DNA of 64,000 nt from the NCBI RefSeq assembly GCF_004010195.1, contig NC_057719.1, positions 58,153,823 through 58,217,822 on the forward strand, given 5' to 3'. The position numbers and the translations under genes are program-made. The DNA is from Chiloscyllium plagiosum (taxonomy: Eukaryota). How positions within the stretch are numbered: the first letter of the stretch is position 1; each line of letters opens with the position of its first letter. Under the pieces are notes generated by a model. The model ran no database searches. It saw only the letters and a program-made list of their open reading frames with translations, and was not told the origin of the DNA. Shown here piece after piece: positions 35,607-47,680 of this stretch.

Positions 35607-36924
35607 CTGCAGTATATTTAGAATGTAACTGCATTCCATATTTACTGTTCCTAAACTGACAGTACACTAAACTAGAGCACAAATGTCACTGGTTTTGGCT
35701 TATGATGCCTCTCTTTCGCTTTCAAGTTTACAATGTGGATATTTTGTAAGATTGGTCAGTTTGCCAAAATTCTCGGGTGCTGTTTTAATAATTTTTGTGT
35801 AATGAACAGTTTTAACTGAAAAACACTGAATTTTATTGGAATGGTTTTATTTTTAAAACCAGTAACCATAAAGTAATTCCATGAAGTAATTCAAAAGTGC
35901 ATATGTAAAAACAAAATTAAGTCAGTCAACTAAGTGAATTCAATCAAGAAACATGGCATCAGAACTTTGAATGTTATTTTTCCATGCTGGCAAAGGATAG
36001 CAAAAGGATAAATGCAGGCTATCAATACTCTTAATCATGAGTTTAGTATCACTAGTATTACCACACAACCTAATTGAGTACAAACGTAATGAAGAATAAC
36101 AAACAATAGTTGATTAAACACTTGATATTGTGGGTTAATCAAACATTCTAAATAGACTAATCTAAACCCGAGGAACAGCATCAGTTTCTGTTATGATTAA
36201 CTTTATACAACCAGCCAGCTCTTGACCTGGAATAATTTACTCCCTTGAGAAACTATAGAAAAGTTCTGTGGTTGACCAGAGCAGAGTTCTGATTAAAGTA
36301 CATCAGTATTTTCAAATCTGTATAGATAAACACTTGCATAGATCTGTATGAGGCTTTACAATATTACTTGCATGCAACAAGTCATAATGCAAAACATAAA
36401 GAATCAATTCCTTATTGAAAATGGAAAGTTACTATACATAAGCTTCGCTCAACATAAGCAGCTTAAATTATTTTTAGAAGCTCCCCAGACTCATTTTCCA
36501 TATGTGGATATTCTGGGTCATTTAAATGATATTTTTGGATAATATTAATATACTAGATTTTTTACTTCAAGTCACTGCTTATGGCGAAATATTTTAGGTT
36601 CTGCAAAGCAACATTGATCATACTAATCATGGGCTGGATTTTACAGTCAGCGTTGATTTCACTGACTTCCAATTCTGGAAGGTGGGTGACAGCAGGTAGC
36701 TGTCTACAGACTACATGTGGAGGAACAATGGATGACAGATTGCAGCTTCAGGTAAATCTTTGCTTTCACTAAATCTTTAATTACAGTCAGGTAGAGGAAT
36801 CATAATGGAGAGCAGATGTATAGTAAACATTCAGCTCTGAGTGGGACTTTCACATAAAGAAAATAAGTTTCAGGGAAAAAATAAACCACACAGCAAAGAG
36901 ATATAGCAACACAAGAGTGGGCAT

Positions 36925-38890
36925 TCATGAGGCACTGTGGGCCATCAACAGCAGCAGAATTGTACTCCAACATAATTTGCAACCTCATGGCCCAGCATAT
37001 CCCCCATTCAACCATTAGCATCAAGCCAGGGATCAACCCTGGTTCAATGCAGAGTGCAAGAGGGCATGCCAGGAATAGTAGCAGGCATTCCTGATAATGA
37101 GGTGTCAACCTGGTAAAGCTATTAAATGACATAAGCAGCAAGTGACAGATAGAGCAAAGCAATCCCATAATTAACGGATCGGATCTAACCTCTGCAGTCC
37201 TGTCACACTGAATTATGAATGATAGTAGACAAAAAAAACAACTCACTGGGGGTGGTGGCTCCACAAGTATCCCCATTCTCAAAGATGGAAAAGCCCAGAT
37301 CATTAGTGCAAAAAGATAATGCTAAAGAATTTGCATCAATCTTCAGCCAGAAGTGCCATGTGGATGATCCATATTGGCCTCCTCCAGTATTTCCTGACAT
37401 CACAGATGTCAATCTTCAGCCAATTGTAATTACTGCACTCGATATCAAAAAATGGTTAGGTGCACTGGATACTGCAAAGGCTGTGGGCCCTGACAACATT
37501 CTGGCAATAGTACTGAAGACTTGTGCTCCAGAACGTGCCGCACCCCTCTCTCTGCAAGACTGGCACCCACCTGACAATATGCAAGATTGCCTAGATATGT
37601 CCTGTACACAAAAAAAACAGGACAAATCCAACCCGGTCAATTACTACTGCATCAGTCTACTCTTCATTATCAGTAAAGTAATGGAAGGTGTCATCAGTGT
37701 TGTCAATAACTGCTCAGTGATGTCCAGTTTGGGTTCCACTAGGGCCACTTAGCTCCTGACTTCATGACAGTCTTTCTTCAAACACAGACAAGAGAGCTGA
37801 ATTCCAGAGGTGAGAGGAGAGTAACAGTCCCTGATATCAAGGCTGCATTTGACTGAGAGTGACATCTATGAGTCCTAGCAAAACTGGAATCAATGGCTAT
37901 AAGAGGGAAAACTCTTTGCTGGTTGGAGTTATGCCTGGCACTAGAAGATGGTTGTGGTTGTTGGAGGTCAGTCATCTCAGCTCTGATACATCTCTGCAAG
38001 AGTTCCTCAACCTGGTTTCTTACACCCAATCATCTTCAGCTGCTTCAACTATGCCCTTCTCTTGCTCAGAAGGTCAGAAATGGGGATGTTTGCTGCTGAT
38101 TTCACAATGTTCAGCACTATTCATGTCTTCTTAGATACTGGAACAGACCATGTTCAAATGCAACAAGGCTTGGACAAATCTAGGCTTGGGGTAACAGGTA
38201 ACATTCATGCAATAAATGCCAGGCATGACCAACCAAATAAGAGACTAATTAACCACCATTCCTTAACATTCTATGGCATTATCATCACTGAATCCCCCAA
38301 TATCAACATCCTGGAGGTTATCACTGACCAGAAGCTCGATTAGACTTGCCATTTAAACACCATGCTGACAAAAGCAGGTCAGAACTAAGAATCCTGAGTA
38401 ACTCACTTCTTACACCCCAAAGCCTGTCCACCATTGGCAAAGCACAAATCAACAGTGTGACAGAATACTCCCCTCCTGTCTGGATCAGAACAGATCCAAC
38501 AACACTCAATAAGCTTGACACCATCCAAGACAAAACAGTCCACTTCATTGGCACCAAATCCACAAGCATCCACTTCCCCAGCAGCAGTACATACAAGATG
38601 CGCTGCAAAGTTTACCGAAGATTCTGAGAGAAACACCTTCCAATGCCCTGACTAGTCCCACCTAGAAGAACAAGGGCACCAGATACATAGGAACACTATC
38701 ACAAGCAAATTTCCTTCCAAGTCACTCACCATCCTGACTTGCAAATATATCGCTGTTCCTTCCCTTGTGCACAAAATTTTTCCTGCACAAAATTCTTGAA
38801 TTCCCTCCAAATGGCATTTTGAGTTTATCTACAGTACAGCTCAAGGTGGAAGCTCACCACTATCTTCCAGTAATAAATACTGGCTCGCAA
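36925..38890 (+). mobile_element. CR1-group LINE family B, ORF2 RT region to 3' end
   Basis: ORF 37219-37752 (LDTAKAVGPDNILAIVLKTCAPE..., KQDKSNPVNY...SKVMEG), 38062 (GMFAADFTMF), 38346 (EYSPPVW...LNKLDTIQDK). Confidence 0.9.
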
Positions 38891-39304
38891 GTACAAAGAA
38901 CAAAGAACATTTACTGCCCGGGAACAGGCTCTTCGGCCCTCTAAGCCTGAGCCAATATAATAAAAATAAATAAAAGAAAACATTGTAAAGAGGTTATTTT
39001 TGAGGACTGACATGTATTAAAGGTACCATTATGTTGTGAATTTATGCAAAGCATGCTTGATGACTTTCCTGTTAATTAATGTTGGTATGTCAAAGGTTGC
39101 ACAGCAACCTTTGATTTAATCACTTCAATGTAAAGGGGAACAACCTTTAATTTTAAATTGCTGGTTATTTCTCTCAATTTGAAATTTCAACCTTAAAGTA
39201 CAGTTATAAATCAAATTCAATGTTGAAGTACTGTTATAACATGCACAGATGTATTATTCTAACTGCTCTCCATTCTACAGTGGAATTTCTTACAAAGAAA
39301 TATG

Positions 39305-39395
39305 GGTATAGGTCACCAGACTCAAAATGCTCACTCTGTTTTCTCCCCACAGTTTCCATCAGACCTGCTGAGTTTTGCCAGCAATTTCCATTTTT
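39305..39395 (+). mobile_element. Short decayed PLE tail (another at ~39500-39668)
   Basis: 'ggtcaccagactcaaaatg..actctgttttctccccacag...agacctgctgagttttgccagcaattt'. Confidence 0.55.
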
Positions 39396-40635
39396 GATGA
39401 AGGAAATATTTAAGTTTGTACAGATCATACCAAATTTTGAGGAAAGGGATGTGAGGACATTCTTTATGTCATTTGAGAAAATGGTGACCTTAATGAAATG
39501 TAGAAGGAAAACTGGACTGAAAACAACAAATTTTGGAGATCACAGTGGGTCATCTGGATTCACAATTTTAGCGTGCTATCTCACCACGGATGCCACCTGA
39601 CCAGCTGTGACCTCCAGCATTTGTTGTTTTCAGTACAAATTTCAGCATCGGCAGTAATTTGCTTCAACAAGGAAAATTGGACATTGCTTGTAGAGAACAA
39701 GTTGACAAGTAGAGCACAGAAAATTCATGCTTTACCATCAGAGGCAGTTTCTGTGGATTATGACACTGCATGAAAGAGTTATTCTGGGTGCAGAAGAGTA
39801 AGGTTCTGAAGCATGCAGAAATAAACAGAAACAGCCTGACTCAGTTTGAAAGAGTTAAGCAGAATAATTTTGACTGCTGAATACAAGCACTAGGACTTGA
39901 ACCCATATATAAAAATCTTCGAGAGATTTTCTTTGAAGAATTTAAAAACTCGCTTCAATGTTGAACACCAAAGGGCTGCAATTGCAAGACAGATAGCAGT
40001 AATTGCTGATGAGTTGATTCATAATATTGGAAGCATTTTTTTTCCTTCACTCCATAAATTCAGAAGGACAGAAAGTAAGAGAATGAAAGGAAGGCATGTA
40101 GCCACCGTAAAGAAAGGATAGCTGGACATGCCTCAAGATCTCAAAAGCCAAAGGTATATGTGTTTCCATTGTTATAAAATGGGACAAATTCATTTGGAAT
40201 GCTGGAAGTTGCACAGCACGTTTATGGATCTTACTGGGATTTTTAAGAGAGTCAGAAAAGTAAAATCATAGGGAAATTAACACTTTTGCTACAACTAAGA
40301 GGTTGGAGGTAAACACTGCTATGTATGAGAAGGGATGAATTGAATCATTGAGGGATATAAAACATTTTTGGAAAATGGAAAGATAACCCATTTTTCTTCA
40401 AATGGTGTTGCTAAACCAATAACAATATTAAAGGAATGCAGGAGTAACCCAAATGTTTTTTTCTGGAGAAGTATCTAGTTTTCTTTCCAGGATGAGATGA
40501 AAGCCAAAATGCTAATAAATGGGATTAGTGGAGAGGACAACCCAGTTCCATTTTATGAAGTTCCATTGCACTGTGACTTGTGGTCTGGAACAAAGGTAGA
40601 AGGAATTGTTAAGAAATTACCCATCGACGGGTTAT
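39396..40635 (+). mobile_element. Decayed Gmr1-type Ty3/gypsy gag-protease region
   Basis: IFKFVQIIPNFEERDVRTFFMSFEK...ENWTLLVENKLTSRAQ (SCAN-related capsid); CFHCYKMGQIHLECW knuckle near 40160; KPITIL..; INGISGEDNPVPFYEVPLHCDLWSG..GIVKKLPIDG. Confidence 0.75.
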
Positions 40636-41087
40636 GATTCAACTGTAGTGAAAGTTATAGCCAGCCAGTTTCTCATATGAGAAACTACGTGTTCTCACTA
40701 TTCCTGCAGGTATCTGTGGTTCTCTGTCTCTCTGTGTCAGTGATTTGTGCTTTTTTTCTCTCTGATTTTGCTGAGTTTCGTTGATAGAAAAAATAAGGAA
40801 TGTTTCTTTGGAAGCATGCAAAAGTGAAAAAGAGAAAAATACAACACCTTAAAATATTCATAAGATACATGACCTGAAACATCAACTAAACGTTATTTTC
40901 AAATAACTGTCTGAAAGACAACTGTGATCAGATATGTCTGAATTTAGGTCTGCAAAAATATATATAACTTTTCAATTCGAAATAACTGGTAAAGTAAACT
41001 ATTGAAAAATTTAGCATTAAACAGATTCTCCAACTGCCTCATTCTCTAACCCATCTTGTGCCTTTACAGAATACACAAGTATCAGAC

Positions 41088-41114
41088 TGGGGGTGGGGGG
41101 GGGGGGGGGGGGGG
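41088..41114 (+). repeat. Poly-G tract
   Basis: ggggggt followed by ~20 G; a similar run lies at ~3829-3843. Confidence 0.9.
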
Positions 41115-43338
41115 AACCCTTTGTAAAGTGAATAATCTTCAGATTAGCCTTTGAATCCTCCCAGCAATTGCTTTGAAAGCTTCACAACCAAGGATCGCCC
41201 AGATCATTCTGCTTGACGTTGAGGAAAATCTTGCCATAGCAGAGCTCAGCCACTTGGTGATGTCGTAATGGGGTGATTTTTAAATTTGAGAATGTGCAAC
41301 TGTACGTCTTAGGAACTTCAGCCATTTTAAGCTTATGAGTTTCGAAAAGTAAAAATAAAAACCATGACAATTATTATCCGGGTTCTCAATTTCATCAGAA
41401 CACGTAATGCATGTCATTTTTGGCTACAAAATATTTCCATGGTCTTTTAAGTTTTAACGCAAAAGACATGAAAATTATAATCTATTCAAAAAAAGTTTGT
41501 AATCCCACTAAAACCTGTCACCTGTGCTAACAGCTGCAGGTTGTTGATGTTCGTTTTCTTTATTTCAGCTAGCCATTGAGTATCAATTAGAATAACTATA
41601 TCACAATTGATTTGCATGTGATCTTTTTCAAAGTGCATGCTAGCGACAGTCACTAACCTTGCACTCACCCTTTTCAGATGAGATCAAGTTACTGTCATTT
41701 TATTCACTTTAATGACAACTGCATATGACACAAAGGCAGTTGTGGGTTTCTCCCCTTCTGTGTTCAAGTTGTAAGCTTAAGTAGTGGCAGGAACTAAAAT
41801 CACAAACTATTCAGTTAAAGCTTTTAAACCAACAAAGCATCCCAGGACTTGTGGCTTTAAATATCTAGCATATTTTAAAACTGCTGGTTCAGAAAAATGT
41901 TAATTTCTGAAAAAAAATTGCTGTATGAATGTTCTATACAATTGGCACATAAAGCTTTGTGTCATTAATGTAAGAAATAAACTCAATTCTGCAATTAAAT
42001 GTCAAAACTATATTATAATTTTCCATATTCCACCAATTTCAAGCACAAAATGAAAACATTTATGCTTGCACCTACCTCCCCAATGTCAATAATATCCCAC
42101 TATCACAACTTATTAACTGTTTTAACATGGAAAAAATCAGAATATTTCAGTCATGAAATCAACTTTTTTTTCTTTATTTTCTCTGTTTCCTTTCACATCA
42201 CAATTAATTAAACAAAGGATCTAATCGGAGCTATAAACCAGGAGATCAATGCAAAACAAGCATTCAGCTGTCAAACAAAACAGTTCACATCATGTAAAAT
42301 AATACACTGCCGTGTTACTGGGCAAAATCTGTTCTGTCCAGTTATAGGTGTTCCCATTAGCAGTTTTAGACAACATGGTATTTGACCTTTGACAACAGCA
42401 CAGTTGTTTCCCACAAGCCAGAGCCTGACAATAGATTGCTTTATTCCTGTGGCTCAGGCTACAGTATTTCTTCAGGAAGACCTCAAGCAGAAAAGCCAAC
42501 ATCCCTGACAAGCACTAGAGAAGGCACCAAGGGTCCAAGTGGTAAATGTTGGAAAACAAATGGAAAAGCACACAAAACGACATCTGGAATCCTAATGGCC
42601 CACCAATGATTCTCAACCCAAGATGGAATTAATTCTGTTTTTTCACCATCCCTTGTGTTAACTTCACTGTTTATAGACAGTAATAAATGATTTTTAAAAA
42701 CATATTTAGGTCATGATGTCATATACCACCAGCACTTGCGTTGTTTTATTGTGCTTGCAGTCAAAATATACCTCCATACCCACATGCAAGGAAATCTGGC
42801 TCTTCCATTACTCCTGGATCCACATTTGTTGGAAAAATACTTTCAGATTTTAAAAGGGAGCTCAGTTTTTCTTTATGGCCAATGAACCCTCATTATAGTA
42901 AAATTGTCTTCCTCTACTAGTGCCTTCCTACTTATTATTTGTGAATTAGGAAACCACACGGCCAAAGTTTCCTGACCACCTAAAAGGTACACCAGGAGCA
43001 GAAGTGGTGGAATTAAAGTAAAAACATTTCTCCAAATCTAGCAATGATCTGATCATTATTGTCTTACTAAACATTCGTCAATTTATCATTAGTGACGTGT
43101 TGGGGGTAATCTGAATTTTTTTTTAACAATGAAACCATGTGCAGTCACTTGCCTCTGGGAATGTATCAGAAGATAGGATAGTGGGAGGTTAGTCCCAGAG
43201 TCTGAAAATGATCTTTGATGGGAGTACAAAACAGACTAAAACAGGCAAATCAGAAACCTGTTTGGCAATCGACTGATATTCTTTTCTATTGAGATCAATG
43301 GGAATCAAGATCAGGTAGGTATCGAATTGGCTACCATT

Positions 43339-43592
43339 TCATTTTGCATTAACAATACAATCAAATTTCAACCTCTACTTGTCTTAAATTTTCAGAATCC
43401 ATCTTTATGATATCAGTTGGGTGGCATGGTGGCACAGTGGTTAGCACTGCTGCCTAACAGCGCCTCATTTTGCATTAACAATACAATCAAATTTCAACCT
43501 CTACTTGTCTTAAATTTTCAGAATCCATCTTTATGATATCAGTTGGGCGGCATGGTGGCACACAGTGGTTAGCACTGCTGCCTAACAGCGCC
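43339..43592 (+). repeat. 126-bp tandem duplication spanning flank and SINE head
   Basis: Units start at 43339 and 43465 (tcattttgcattaac...gcctaacagcgcc), near-identical. Confidence 0.95.
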
Positions 43593-43865
43593 AGAGACCC
43601 GGGTTCAATTCCCGCCTCAGGCAACTGTCTGTGTGGAGTTTGCACATTCGCCCAGTGTCTGTATGGGTTTCATCCGGGTGCTCCGGTTTCCTCCCACAGT
43701 CCAAAAACAAATGTGCAGGCTAGGTGAATTGGCCATGCTAAATTGCCCGTAGTGTTAGGTGAAGGGGTAAATGTAGGGGAATGGGTCTGGGTGGGTTGCT
43801 CTTCAGAGGGTTGATGTGAACTTGTTGGGCCAAAGGGCCTGTTTCCACACTGAGTAATCTAATAA
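43545..43865 (+). mobile_element. HE1 SINE (young)
   Basis: gggcggcatggtggcacacagtggttagc...ggttcaattcc; tail gggccaaagggcctgtttccacactg. Confidence 0.92.
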
Positions 43866-44473
43866 ATTCAGAGGTGTATTTAAAGAATATTTACTACTGC
43901 ATGACTAGCACTTGATACAACACCGAGCAATTTGGTTGATCTTAATTATCCATATTTCACATCTTTATCGAAATGAACAAGATTGAGACAAGTTGATCTT
44001 GTTAACTGAATGTTTTCTTGCCCTACAGTATGTGCTAGAATAAATGCAGATGAAAAGTAACGTGATGAAATCTGTTACTTTCACTTCAAAGCTCTTGCTG
44101 CACTGTCTGCATTTTTGAAAGGAATCTTTACATTTAAAACTTGGCACCAGTGTTGCAACTTCAAGCAACAGAAATGCTTTACCTCATTCATGAAACTTTT
44201 CCTCAAAGCCATTCTGAACTTTGATGCAAGATTTAGCATTCCTCTATGTATTCCCTCCTTTGATTTCTTACTTTCTTTTGGGTACATTTTCCTACCAATA
44301 CTGCACAGTACCATTACATGGAGCTGAATTTTACCAAAAAGCAGAGCAGTGTCAGTTTTGGGGAGTTTAACGGAGGTTATGTTGTATTGAGTTCTCTCAC
44401 ATATTCTCTGTAGCTTGCCTTTACTGTACCTTGTTTGTGCTATCGCATGCTTAGCAATGGTAGAAGCACTCAC

Positions 44474-44584
44474 CACTGCTGGGACTTCTTGAAGTTTCTG
44501 ACGGCAGCACCATTGTTAAAGTTCAGCCGCACACCATGTCAAGTATTGCGAGCTTGGAACTGCCCAAAGTGCACATAGTGGGAG
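44474..44584 (-). other. Candidate 111-bp exon, probably 5' UTR or start-codon exon (acaATGG: MVLPSETSRSPSS...)
   Basis: Acceptor cttcttttttattcag, donor GTG|gtgagt; each frame has one stop; strong Kozak ATG near 44513 stays open to the donor. Confidence 0.35.
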
Positions 44585-44722
44585 CTGAATAAAAAAGAAG
44601 CACTTCTAAAGGCAAATACAAGCTAATATTCATGAATGTTTGCAATGTTTTATCATCACCTGTCTGACCAACTGTTGTAACTGCACTACAGGAATTAAGC
44701 TGCACAGGCTATCCATCCTTTC

Positions 44723-45270
44723 GAGTCAGAGATGTACAGCACAATTCGGTCCAATTCATCCATGCCGATCATCTATCCTAATTTAATTTAGTCCCATTTG
44801 CCAGCATTTTGAGCATGTCCTTCTAAACCCTTCCTATTCATATACCCATTCAGATGCCTTTTAAGTGTTGTAATTAGACCAGCCTCCAATATTTCCTCTG
44901 GCAGCTCATTCCATACACGCACCATCCTCTGCATGAAAAAGGTGCCCCTTAGGCTCCTTTTAAATCTTTCCTCACCATTAACTTATGCCTCACCAAATCT
45001 CTCACCATTAACTTATGCCTTCTAGTTTTGGACTTACCCACTCTTTGGAAAATACATTGATTAGTCACCTTATCCTGCCCCTCATGATTTTATAAATCTC
45101 TATATGGTCATCCCTAAGCCTCCAACACTCCTGGGAAAATAGGCCCAGCCTATTCAACCTCTACTTACAGTTCAAACCCTCCAAATCTAACAATGTCCTT
45201 GTGAATCTTTTCTGAATCCTTTCAAGTTTAACAACATATTCATTGTGGCAGGAAGACCAGATTTGTGCTA
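44723..45270 (-). mobile_element. HER1/CR1 LINE 3' fragment
   Basis: Closely similar to 29660-30180; internal 20-bp duplication ctcaccattaacttatgcct at ~44971 and ~45001. Confidence 0.9.
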
Positions 45271-45699
45271 TTACACACAACCTAAGGGAGCGCAGCTACT
45301 CTTGCCTTAATGCCCACTGTAGCATAACTTCTCATTGTTCGTGTAATCATTACATATTTTGGAAACATACTTTGAATTGTTGAAAATGGCCACTTTTATC
45401 CAACAACAGCAAAAGCAAAAGAAAAAAAATAAAGATCAAAACAAAGAACATAATTTGCTCTGGGAATAAACAGGGATGGCTTGTCTTCAAAAAGATAAAA
45501 CTACAGTCAATGATTGGTCGTATCAAGCAGAACAGAGACGAGAACCCCTGCTGTGGCTGGATCAATTGGTCACATTTCCAACAAATTTGAGAAGGGAATA
45601 TCAGAAACGGAACAAGTCCTTTGTAATGTTAGTAGTCAGCGTTCACATCACACATAAATTACTTGCTATTGTTCTCCATAGAGTGGCACATGGAGGACT

Positions 45700-46900
45700 C
45701 TGACTTTAGTTCAATATTCACAGCACAAGCTATAGCACACAAATACAGTACAAGAGTGAGAATATACTGTGATTACTGATGTCTTGCAATACCTTCACAG
45801 TGCCCCCTGACAGACAACCCTTCACTTTCATTTAGCAAACCCTCGGGACTGACCATGGCTTACCTCCTTGACAACCTTATAAGGTGAGCCTTAGCTGATG
45901 TGACCAGATTCCTGACTGACCTGTGTAGTCCCTGAGTAATTTACTATGAATCCCCTGATGGTTGAATTGGACATGCAGGACTGCAGCCTACTCCCTGCAT
46001 TGTCGTGATACATAACCCCTGACACTTACTGCATCGAGTGGCTGACTGTTTCCAAGCCCCTAGATGTAGATCAGACACTGCTCTTGACTGACTGTGGCAA
46101 GGTGCCCCTCTCTGCCGAATGATGACAGTTTCGTTGAACTTGACTCAGAACTACCTTAGACTTGAGATTTGGTGAAAATCCATTTGGTGTATTTGCTCAG
46201 TTGGCTGCTGGCACATGATATAAGTGCGACATTGATGTAGCATGTTGCTATGAGCAACATACAGCGACTGACCACTGTTGATACCATGAGAAGCTGCCTG
46301 GCTTTGTTTTTGCACTAATCAGCAAGGCAACACAAGTACTGTGAGCCTTTGAATTCTGAATGAGGCAGCAAGCACAACAATACAAGGCAAGCTAAAGATG
46401 CTGTCAGAAACCAGATAGGCACAATGTGAGTGCTAACAGAGCAACCCCGGAGCCATGAAACACACCCTGGTCTAGTCCATCAGATACTTGTCGTTGTGTG
46501 CACATCAACTTGGAAACATTACAATGGCAGGTGCTGATGTTCTCCAACAAGAAGACTGAAATGCAAAGCTATATGACAAGTGGGTCACTAATGTTGCAAA
46601 TGTGGCTGGTACATGTGTGATGCTACCTTCCATGTATGAAATGTGTTGGCACTCACTGTCAGTAGAGTGTAACCTGAAATGCTAACGACTGATGGAGACT
46701 CAGAGGAGCAAGCGGCAAGCTGGAGTATCAGGTAACAGCTCTGACTTTTATTTCAGGAACTGTCACTGTCTAGTTTCTATCTGGCACACAGGAGTATAGG
46801 AAGCTGTGCATGAACGTAGTAAGATTAAGCACTAATGGGATGCAAACACTTGGAAATAGGCATTTTACTGACCATAGGTTTGTCTTGCTGTTGAAAATTT
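45700..46900. repeat. Old interspersed repeat homologous to 33300-34250
   Basis: Shared block at 46290-46350; outer limits are guessed from composition. Confidence 0.4.
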
Positions 46901-47472
46901 AGTTGCAGAGTCAATCTACCTCCCACAATGTTGAGAATCACATTTTTATGATTTCATCTTTTGTTCCCACCTGATTTTTCAATTCCTACCTCCCCGTCCC
47001 CAACCTCCCCTCCCTCATTCAGGGGCTGGAAACTTTCCATCGAGTTCATGGAGCTTGCATCATGATACGCTACAATGAAAATTCATTCTTTTTTTTAAAT
47101 TAATTTTCCAGTTTATTTTAATGCCTAAAGCAATGTGTGAACAAAATTTCTAATATTGTCAGAAGCACATCCTAGTTATTGACTTATTTTCTATGACCAG
47201 AAACAAAACAATTTCAGTTTTCATACATGTTAAGAATGTTGTTCACCACAATTGAACAAACAATTTGCTACCTGGAAAATAAAAACTAAATCCTTCCAAA
47301 AGTAGAAATTTCAACTCCCAGTTGTGTAAATAAGTTAAATGAGCAAAATTGGTCTCACACAATAGACTGTGCCAGAAACATATCATAATATATCAGTTTC
47401 TTAATAAGTTCAATTATAAAATGATCGTATCCAAATAATTCATTGCACAACGGATAATTAAAAGCCACTGAT

Positions 47473-47680
47473 CTCCCCGTGTCTGTGTGGGTTTCCTCCG
47501 GGTGCTCAGGTTTCCTCTCACAGTCCAAAGATGTGCAGGCCAGGTGAATTGGCCATGTTAAATTGCCCATAGTGTTAGGTGCATTAGTCAGAGGGGGGTG
47601 GGTTGCTCTTCAGAGGGTCGGTGTGGACTTGTGGGGCCGAAGGGCCTGTTTCCACACTGTAGGGAATCTAATAAAAAAAA
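47473..47680 (+). mobile_element. 5'-truncated HE1 SINE
   Basis: Starts at tctccccgtgtctgtgtggg; tail gggccgaagggcctgtttccacactgtagggaatcta. Confidence 0.9.

Noticed and set aside
44081..44476. 131-aa minus-strand ORF
   Set aside because: No recognisable domain, non-ATG start, and it begins at a predicted splice donor, so it is probably intronic.
44523..44584. Resemblance of KLAILDMVCG* to the SELENOF motif AILEVCGU
   Set aside because: Residues after the TGA do not match SELENOF (KLGRFPQV...) and no SECIS could be identified; likely coincidence.
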